Shown here: positions 53,911-64,000 of the stretch, piece by piece | How positions within the stretch are numbered: position 1 is the stretch's first letter | Layout: every line of letters starts with the position of its first letter | DNA from: Vicugna vicugna | Taxonomy: Eukaryota | DNA length: 64,000 nt | Direction: 5' to 3' | Assembly (NCBI GenBank): GCA_013265495.1 | Contig: MU058000.1 | Span: 806,001 to 870,000 of the forward strand | Position numbers and translations under genes: made by a program | Notes under the pieces: model-generated | Told to the model about the DNA's origin: nothing | The model's input: the letters and a program-made list of their open reading frames with translations, nothing else | The model's database searches: none

Positions 53911-55161
53911 CTATGGAAAAATATGTCACATGATCACATGATGAGAAAGCACAAAAGGCTGATATACTCAGAAGTTAGGAGATTCATTCATAAAAAGAAT
54001 TAACATAGCACACATAAAATATTCTTGAAGAGTCATTAAAAGAATGACCTGATTTTTTAATAACATATGGATGGTAATATTTTTTAAGTCATGGGGGATT
54101 AATATTTAAGAGTGTGAAGAAAAGCAAATACAGTATTTTGTGAAACAATGTGCATGTCTCCTCTCAGAAAGCATAAACAACACTAGCAGAACATCAGGCT
54201 AGGAATTAAGAAACACTCATATCTTTTCTATTAACCAGCTAATCCTCTCAAGCCTCAATTTTTCTAATATTAAATAAGAAGAATGATTCTCTCCTTGTTT
54301 GTTCCTTCCCTGGTAGCTTGCCAAACATTATGTGATTATTAGGTTTCAAATATCATAAATATCCCCAGACAAACAACAAAGGTCACTTCTGGATTTCAGT
54401 ATCCTAAAATGACCAGAAGGAATCGAAATGAGACTACAACACTGTCTTTTGTGTGAAGAAATACGTACAGATTAGAATTCTATACCCAGCTCGTAGTTTT
54501 ACACCCAAATTAAAAGAACATATTGCTCATAGAGATCAGACAAAGAGGACATCAATGAGGATCCAGGAGCATCCAACATGAGGAAGTGGCACAGAAGACT
54601 GAGGAGCAATGGCCCCGGGAATCCAAGAGAGCCCCAGGGAAGAGAGAGTTCCAGTGAGGTAGAACCAAAAATGGCAGGTGGGGCTCACATTTAGGAGGTT
54701 ACTGGTGAGCTGACTGCTGACAGCTAAAGAGTGAACAGTAGCATCTAAGACTGTCCATTCTCTGGAGAAATGCGGCTTTGCAGAAAAGGGCTGGAGAGAA
54801 GAGAGGTGGTAGCTGAAAGCAGAGTAGAACAGTAGAACACGAGAGGACTTCAGAATTTTCTTAGGCTTGAGTGAAGAAGTAGCAGGGAGATGTTTAAGTC
54901 TGGGAGAGATGGGGGTAGAGAGCTTAGCTGGAAGAATGAGAAACAGCTTCAAAGCTTCAGGCGAAGGTGTCAGAGACCCAGGCATCCTATGAAGGCAGTG
55001 CTGGGTGGGTATGGGGTGCAGGGGGGTGAGGAACCAAACTCAGAGACAACAGCACAGGCTCAGCTTTGGTTATAACGAAACCTCCCCTGGGCTGACGGAA
55101 TACTTCCCTACCTCACCAGCTGACTGTTTGCTGAAGTCAGAATGTTAGAGTGAAAACTTAC

Positions 55162-55224
55162 AACTTGAACTCCTCTCCCGTAGAGGTAAGCCATTCCAAG
55201 CCCACTCTGTCCAACTGGGTTGCC
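55162..55224 (-). CDS. SEL1L: SEL1L coding exon 14, GNPVGQSGLGMAYLYGRGVQV
   Basis: 63 nt, tttgcag| and |gtaagt; inside ORF 55108..55296. Confidence 0.96.
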
Positions 55225-56080
55225 CTGCAAACCAGAGGTACAATGAAGGGATTCATTAAAAAGTAGGCAAGAATAAACAACTGCAAAAGAAATCATTTAT
55301 AAGCATATTCAAAACATGTCTTAAGTCCTTTCCAATTTAAACAAAATTTTCTCTTTCCCATCAGACTAAACATGGTACTGAGTTTTAGAGATTTGACTTT
55401 CAATAATTTGCTGAAAAAGAGTAAACAGTAAATTCATTTAGAATTAAATTTTGGTGACTTATGACTATCTGATGAATTTGTGATATAAAACAACATGACA
55501 TGTATCTTACCTTATAAAAATTATAAGTAGGTTATTTTGGGAGGGGGCAGTTTTTCACTGGTAACCTCCTAACTCAATAAACAAGAAGCCACCAAGTGGC
55601 AGAATCAACAAATTAATATGGGCTCAGGTGGCAAGGATATGCTTAAGTGTGTCAGAGTGTTGAAGAGCAAAGATAATCTTTGTTTTGAGACCTCAAAGAG
55701 AAAAATCTAGTATTCACCTGAACTCAGAGGGACAGAGGCATCTTTAAAAAAGTGTCACAGTGCCTCTTTGAGAAATACGCAAATGACGTTTGGGACGTCA
55801 GTAACATGTACTAGGTTGACAAGGAGGTGAGTGTACATACTGGTGGCACAGAGGGTCGTAAGTATTCATATGTAGCTTTCTCTGGGCCCAAGGAACCCTA
55901 ACTTACGTATGATGATTATCTAAAGTGCCCAGTTGTATAAGCTTTTAACCTCAAGCTGCAATATAAACAGGGTAAAGCATACAACTCCCAGCTCCATTAC
56001 TAAAATCACTATTTCCCTGATCAGGAAACTTCTCAGTGAAATTGCAACAGAGACTTAAAATTCAATAATCTGGTCCCTAA

Positions 56081-56115
56081 AATATATATATACACACACA
56101 CACACACATATATAT

Positions 56116-56152
<37 letters not shown>
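56081..56152 (+). repeat. Compound (TA)n(CA)n(TA)n microsatellite
   Basis: Directly visible run in SEL1L intron 13. Confidence 0.95.
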
Positions 56153-56157
<5 letters not shown>

Positions 56158-56305
56158 TTTCTATTGAGAAGTATTTCTAGTCAATTCATTCATATGAATC
56201 ATATTTACAGAAGCACTTTCAATAATTTATGGCATAAGTTGGTTACGATTAATCCTTTAATATAATTAACTTATCCATTACAAGAGTAATATGGTACACA
56301 TTTCA

Positions 56306-56455
<150 letters not shown>

Positions 56456-57810
56456 TCACATTTTTCTCCTATCTCTTCTCATTCTGGGTTTTGTTAGATT
56501 TCGTGAAATCTTTCAACAAAGTTTAAAATTCCCTGCAGGATACTTTAGAAATAAAAGCAAAGCCTTAACAGTAGACATTTTAAACTATTATATATTCTAC
56601 GTCACATCAAATTTACAACGTTATCTATACACATGAATGTATAAAGTCAGTTCACTGATCAAACTCAGGAGAAGAAATCTTCAACCCTGAGACAAATCTT
56701 TATTCTCGCTCTGTGCCAGGGCTGTCATAGGGCTGATAAATTGCTTGAGATCAGAGATCAAAGCAGGAAAAGCAGAGCTGATAGCCAATGTCCACTTCCC
56801 CACCTCCTCTATCACTGCCTTCCCAGGTAAGATAAAGGGGAGGTCTCAAGTTCAGGAAAAGAGAGAACTAGAAGGTTGTTTTAGAAGGTTTCAAGCACTG
56901 AATGATTTTAGAGTATCAGGTATGAACCTGATAAAAGGGTTAAGAAAGAAGAAAAACAGAATGACCAGTACTGTTTTCATCCATGTACATATTAAGGAAA
57001 TAAGTAAAGGAAATGTTTTTTTGAGATAGGGAAAATTAGTAAGTCAGTGCAAGAATTAAGAGGGCTGGAATGAAAAGCTCTTAACTGCTAGTAAAAATAG
57101 ACAGGCACTATCAATTTCTGTGCTGTAACAGAATGTCTAAATGTAAAGTTTTCAGGCCCCAACTGACTAGTTGTGATCATGCGGCAAACACTGATTAGAT
57201 TTTTGTCTTTGTAAAATATTTTGTGATATATTCTACCTGAGCCTCCTAATCGGACTTGGTTACACATGAAAATACCCAATGGTTTACACTGTGTTAGCTT
57301 TCAAAATAATGAAAAAGAAGTTTCGAGATTATACCATGACATATGGAATCTTTCATTAAGTTCCTAGACTTAAATGTTTCCCTGCTTGAGAAAAGAACTG
57401 CATTGAGGTGAGTGATGGCTATCATATTTAAGACAATTAAAAGGTCTGCAGACAAATTTCAATACATTCTGCCTCTATTCAGCATGGAAGTAAACAGCCA
57501 ATTATGACAGACTTAGGAAAAACTGTACAATATAAAGAATAATTTCCTTATTATTGCATATGATACACAAAAAGTAGGAGTGCATGTAGTAATAGCTAAT
57601 TTCAATGGAGAATTAACCTACTGATAAGTAAATGCTATGTTACTTTTAAGTTACCTAAGAAAATGCCTCGAAATAACACTTATCTTCAGGCAAGATATAA
57701 TACGCTTGCATTGGAAATTTTATCTCCAGCCTTTTTTTGGTAAGTTGCAGGTGATGAACACAACATGTGCTTGCTGTGCAAACACCACCTGCTATCACGG
57801 AACACATTCA

Positions 57811-57909
<99 letters not shown>

Positions 57910-59019
57910 TTATGAAAATAATTAGTTATTAGTAGAATCTGCCCTTGGCTTTAAATCAGATATTTATTTCAGGTCATTTAAAAAAATCTTGTTAAACTGC
58001 AGTATAGTAGTTTAAGTAAATGGCAACATAACACCTGTTGGTTGCCCAAGGTACCCACCCTGCTTCCCTCTCATATCCAGTCCATCATTAAGTCTGGTAC
58101 TTTGACCACCAAGTACATCCTGAATCCATCTACTATCCTCCATGTCCACAATTCTAGTCTAAGCTGCATTATCCCTCAGCTGAACTTCTGGAACACTCCT
58201 CTCCCTGATCTCTCTGCTTTCCTTGGGGTCATCCAAAGCGACTGTTTTTAAACCTCAACTTGATGGTCCTTCCAGCCCCTTAAAGTGTTGGGGGGAATAT
58301 ACTGACGTGATCAGACACCATTAGTATCAGTACTGCTTCATCTTGCTCCCTGTACACTGGGTACACCAGCCATGTTCCTTCCTGACTCAGGACCTATATA
58401 CATGCTGATTTTTTTTTGGCCTGGAATGATTTTACCTCCAAGGTTCAACTTAAATGTCATCCACATCCCTTTAGAGACAAGTGGCCCTTCCCACTCATTA
58501 ACCTATCACTGGACTCTTTAATTCTCCTTTGTAACAACAATCACAATTTATTACATCATATTTGTGATTATTTAAAAAGTACCTAATGAATGGGACGAGT
58601 GGTACCCAAATATTGGTTGAATTAATGCAATTACATACTGGGAACTCCTTTTCTTCTGTGAAAATTTACCATTGTGTGATTGCTTCACAGGTAGGCAACA
58701 TACACCACCAAGAATATCCCAAAACTTGTGGTGTAAAGGTATGCAGCAAATTCCTACACAGAACTCTGTTCTCCCACTTGACATTCCTACTAACCAGTTC
58801 ATCTGATGCTTCACTGGCCTAATAACATACAATTTTAATAACCTAGATATTGAAAGCTGTCAAGATGTCACCTGAATAATAATTTTTAAAAAGCACTGAT
58901 ATTTGATATAGCTTTAGTGATAAGTGTATTTTGTTACAATCTAATTCATAAAGTTGAAACAACATGGTGTATGAAATAACCTTAATTAAAATATTTAACA
59001 GGCACAGTAGAAAAACAGA

Positions 59020-59620
59020 ACTTTATTAGCCTGACAAACATTTACTGAGGATGTACTGCGTGCCAGGCACTGTCAGGTGCTGGGAATGAAGTGGTAAACA
59101 AGGCAGACATAGTTCACGCTCTTTTGGAACTTATAGTCTAGCAGGGGAAACAATTCAGTTATATAATTAACCAATTTACAATGGACAGAGGCCATAGGAA
59201 TACAGATTTTCAGAAATCATAACTGTGGGAGTACCTGACCTAGTCTCTGAGTGGGGTGAGTGGTCTGAGTGGTCAGGGTCAGGGTCAGGGGAGACATGTC
59301 GGGAAGAGATACTGGAGTTGATTTCTGGAGGATGAGGAGGAACTGCTGTGTGAATAAAGGATAATATTCACTCTAGGCAGAGGGAATAGCCTTCCAGAAG
59401 TCCTGAGGTTCTTAATATTTTCAAAGACCTGAGAAAAGCAGAAAGCAAGGGGCTGGTGAGGTAAACAGAGACTGGTAGAAGGCCTTGGAGGTCATACTAA
59501 AGCTGAAAGGTTTTTGTTTTCAAGCTGCTAGAAATTGTAGACCACTCAAAAGAGTTTTAAGCAAGGGAACTGCACAGTCAGATGCACCATTTACAAAGAC
59601 AGGCTACTGCTTAGGAAATG
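59020..59620. mobile_element. L2 LINE remnant in SEL1L intron
   Basis: caaacatttactgaggatgtactgcgtgccaggcactg..cttatagtctagcagggg. Confidence 0.65.
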
Positions 59621-59952
59621 CAAGCAGGAGATGAGTCACACGAGCAACAGGATACTGACGGGAAGAAGGCAAGAGATGAGCGATGCTCGGGACAAAAAGC
59701 TGACACAGGCGGGTGACTGGGTATACACCTGACTGTTAGAGTTGTGTATTCCTGATTTCTCACAGATTTAACACTGGATTTTCCTCAGTTCTATGAAATA
59801 TCTTCCAATAGGAGTTTTAAGACATACTTCTATCACATACCTACAGAAAACAAGACATTGTTTATGTATTTTTGGCAGTACTGAGAACTAGGTTTCAGAA
59901 TAAATAAACCCTTTCCCCCCACTATGAGTTATGATCACATTTCTATTCTTCA

Positions 59953-60222
<270 letters not shown>

Positions 60223-60639
60223 TTAGGCCAGCAAGACCATGTGGTCCCAAAAAGGTTTCTGTTCGTAACAGAAAATTAAACCTTTAGTCTTAATTCCTTT
60301 AGACTTTACTCAGCTTTAACCTACATTAAAAAAAAAACTAAAAATGTCTGCTTTTAGTTACAAAGCATTCTTTTGAAATAGAGGTGAAATAAACGCATTT
60401 CCACATAAACTAAAGAAAAATTCACATCTTTTGAACTAAAGGGTGTTCTTTAGGAAGAAGGAAAATTATCCTAGGAAGCTTGGAGATACACTAAAAAATA
60501 AAGAACAGAAAGGTAACTTTGTGAGTCAATCTAAATTGTATGAACCATATTAAAGAACAGTATCTTGTAGGGTTCAAAAATATACGGGATTAAATCACAT
60601 ATAGACAAACTCAAACCAAAAGAGGGCAAGAAAGGAGAG

Positions 60640-61760
60640 ACAAGTAAACATGGAAAAACAAAATAAAAGAAGGCTGAAAATTAAGCCCCAAATATATCAT
60701 GAATTACTCTAACTAAAAGACTGTCAGAATGGATTAAAAAATGAAAAAAACTAGTCATACGACGCTTACAAGAGACATACCTTAAACATTAGAAAGTTGA
60801 AAGTACAAGACAGAAAAGATATCCTGTGTAAATACTAACCAAAAGAAAGTAGTGTAGCTAAGCTAGTATCAGGTAAAGTACAATTCAAAGCAAAAAATAT
60901 TTCTGGAGATAGAAGAGGACATTTCACAATATAAAAGTCAGTGCAACAAAAAGATAACAATATTAAGTGTGTATACACTTAACATGGCTTAAAACATATA
61001 CATCAAAATCGATAGAACTAAAAGAAGAAAGAGACAAACCATAATCAGAATGAAAAACTTCAATAGTATGTCTCAGCACTGGACAGAAAAAGCAGACAAA
61101 CTGCCAGTAAGGATTCAAAAGATTTGAATACCAGGATTAAGAAACATGACTCAGTTGATACCTATAGAACACTACACCCAACAGCTGTAGAAATTCGTAT
61201 TCTCTTTAACATACAGAGTATTTGCCCAAACAGGCCTAGTGATGGGGCATCAAGCAAGTCTCAAGAAATCTCAAACAAATGAAATCATACACAGCATATT
61301 CTGAATACAGTGGATTAAGCTAGAAATCAACAACAAAAAAGTAGAAAATTCGCATGTACCGTCGTCCTTTGGTATCCATAGGGGAATGGTCCCAGGACCC
61401 CTTCCCAACAGATACCGAAATACACAGATGCTCAAGCCCCTTATATAAAATGGCACAGTATATGCATATACCTATGCACAACCTCCTGTACACTTTAAAT
61501 CATTTCTAGATTACTTATAATACTTAATGTAAATGCTATGTAAATAGTTGCCATTGTGTGACAAAATTCAAGTTTTGCTTTTTGGAATTTTCTGAAAAAA
61601 AATTTTTTTCCCTCAAATATTTTCGATCCGTGGTTAGTTGAATCCGTGGATGCAGAACCTGCAGATACGAAGGGCTGACTGTATATGGAAACTAAGCAAT
61701 TCGTTTCTAAATTACACATGGGTCAAAAGAAATCACAATGAAATTTAGAGCTAAATATAA
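60640..61760 (+). mobile_element. Old L1 ORF2 endonuclease-region remnant, split by a MER2-like element
   Basis: A-rich; motifs aaaagactgtcagaatggatt, cttacaagagaca, tatagaacactacaccc, gctagaaatcaacaac. Confidence 0.75.
61359..61681 (+). mobile_element. MER2-like TcMar-Tigger MITE, near full length
   Basis: TA target duplications; TIRs ccgtcgtcctttggtatcc / gatacgaagggctgactg; internal aaatcatttctagattacttataatac. Confidence 0.85.
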
Positions 61761-62291
61761 TGAAAATATGGTGGGGGAATGTATTATACCAGATATCAAG
61801 TCCAATAAAGCTATGAAAATTTCAGACAGTATTTGCACAAGACATGTACACACAACATTTTTTGCCCAAATCTGGGAAGAATAAAATGGATAAACAATGG
61901 TAGTTTTATGCAATGAAACACTATACAGTAATGCAAATGAATGAATAACAGCTATGTGAAAACACAAGGATTGATTTCAGAAACATAATTCTGAGAAAAG
62001 AAGTTGATACAAAAAAATGCTGCACGATATATATATATATATATTTCTACAGAAAATCAAAAAACAGGCTAAACTAATCTGTAGTGTTAGAAGCCAGCTC
62101 AGGGAGTTACCTATGGGCAAGAGGGAAGAGTCAGTGATGAAGAGTCTGAGAGGGGCTTCTGGGTGCTAGTTATGCCAAACAAGAGGCTCCCTTGCTGATA
62201 ACTCACTGAGTTGTACACTTCAGCTGTGTACTTTTCTGTATTCATGTCATAATTCAGTAAATAAAAAGAAAAGATAGAAAATGACATACTA

Positions 62292-62883
62292 GGATGACAC
62301 CTGCACCCCAATGTTCATAGCAGCACTATTTACAATAGCCAAAACATGGAAACAGCCTAAATGTCCATCTACAGGTGACTGGATAAAGAAGATGTGGTAT
62401 ATTTATACAATGGAATACTACTCAGCCATAAAAACCGACAACATAATGCCATTTGCAGCAACATGGATGCTCCTAGAGAATGTCATTCTAAGTGAAGTAA
62501 GCCAGAAAGAGAAAGAAAAATACCATATGAGATCGCTCATATGTGGAATCTAAAAAACAAAAACAAACACAAACAAACAAACAAAAACAAAGCATAAATA
62601 CAGGACAGAAATAGACTCATGGACAGAGAATACAGACTTGTGGTTACCAGGGGGGCAGAGGGTGGGAAGGGATAGACTGGGATTTCAAAATTGTAGAATA
62701 GATAAACAAGATTACACTGTATAGCACAGGGAAATATACACAAAATGTTATGATAAATCACAGAGAAAAAAATGTGACAATGAGTGTGTATATGTCCATA
62801 AATGACTGAAAAATTGTGCTGAACACTGGAATTTGACACAACATTGTAAAATGATTATAAAACAATAAAAAAGTTAAAAAAAA
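62292..62883 (+). mobile_element. Relatively young 5'-truncated L1 (ORF2 C-terminus, 3'UTR, poly-A), antisense to SEL1L
   Basis: ORF 62311..62553 MFIAALFTIAKTWKQPKCPS...WYIYTMEYYSAIK is the L1 ORF2 end; TSD agaaaatgacatacta (62276-62291) / agaaaacgatatgcta (62884-62899). Confidence 0.93.
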
Positions 62884-63797
62884 AGAAAACGATATGCTAT
62901 ACCACCTCACACTTAAAACTTGAGATCTTCACTTAATACACTGAAATCTGCTTTCTACATTAAGCAGTATTCTACATAATTTTTAATGACTGCATAGAAT
63001 TCCATGATATTGGAGTGTCATATTTGAACTACATAATTTCCTATTGGTAAGCATTTAGACTGTTATGAATTTTAACTGGCTTCATTTTAAAGAAAGATGT
63101 ATAATCAGAAGAAACAACTTTATTGTAATGTCTATGAGCTAAGATTTTGCTTTATCATTCACTTAAGTTTTTTTTTTAAAAGATTCCTTTTCTTTTAGTC
63201 TTAAAATTAATTGTTCTTAAAAAGTATCTATTGGTCATCTAATCAGAAAGAACTATAAATGTAATAAAAAAAGACAAATATTGAAAATTCTCCTTTTTAT
63301 TTTAATATAATCAAAACAACCCACAAAACAACAAATTGTACATGATACTTTGATGTGTGTCATATAGTTAACGTTAAACAAGCCTACTTCTGTCCTTGAC
63401 CTTGAGGAACTAACAGGCTAAGATAAGCAAAGGAAACATGAACAGTAAATAGCTCTGAAGAGCATCTGAAATTCCAAATGTTCCAGAGACTTTTCATTCA
63501 GAGAAGGTGGCAGTCTTCGTCCTTGTGACTCCAGTTAGAGCCTTCATCATCACTGTGACGCTGCTTCACTTAAGCCACAGTTTTCAACTGTGGTGCACAG
63601 CAGAGTCATCTGGCCAGCTCTTAAGGAACCATCAATGCCTGGGCCACATCCCAGACAAATCCAAATGAAAGGTCTTGAAAGTATGGGACTAATTGGTAGT
63701 TAATAATGGCCCGGTGAAAATGTTACTTATAGGCGTAAGTGCTTGCCCTCTGGACACTGTAATATACAAGCCAGTAAGATCCTGCATGAGATGTTTA

Positions 63798-63998
<201 letters not shown>

Positions 63999-64000
63999 AG

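Noticed and set aside
54536..54985. 149-aa intronic ORF on the SEL1L strand
   Set aside because: Lies in L2-like repeat sequence; exons 14 and 15 already join in frame without it

Overview
Mammalian genomic DNA, most likely camelid: it carries three tRNA-Ala(AGC)-derived vic-1-type SINEs and no Alu, B1 or Bov-A copies that I could recognise. The right third holds the 3' half of SEL1L (ERAD adaptor of HRD1) on the minus strand. Eleven GT-AG coding exons (exons 11-21 by human numbering, 60159 to 45786) splice into an intact 418-aa frame with SEL1-like repeats, a TM helix and a Pro-rich tail. A 4.4-5.7 kb 3'UTR follows and contains an almost perfect 302-bp tandem duplication. A CpG-island promoter at ~14.2-15.4 kb reads leftward, with a non-coding first exon and a candidate 90-nt second non-coding exon at 5502-5591. 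By recalled mammalian synteny this is STON2, but no STON2 coding sequence is in the window. The intergenic region holds a 3'-truncated class I ERV (LTR, tRNA-Ile PBS, decayed gag-pro-pol) nested in an MLT1-like LTR, an old local duplication, and many L1, L2, MIR and DNA-transposon remnants. Apart from SEL1L exons and retroelement debris, the ORF-track entries look spurious. I found no convincing novel biological system. Repeat family names come from recalled consensus motifs, not a database search.
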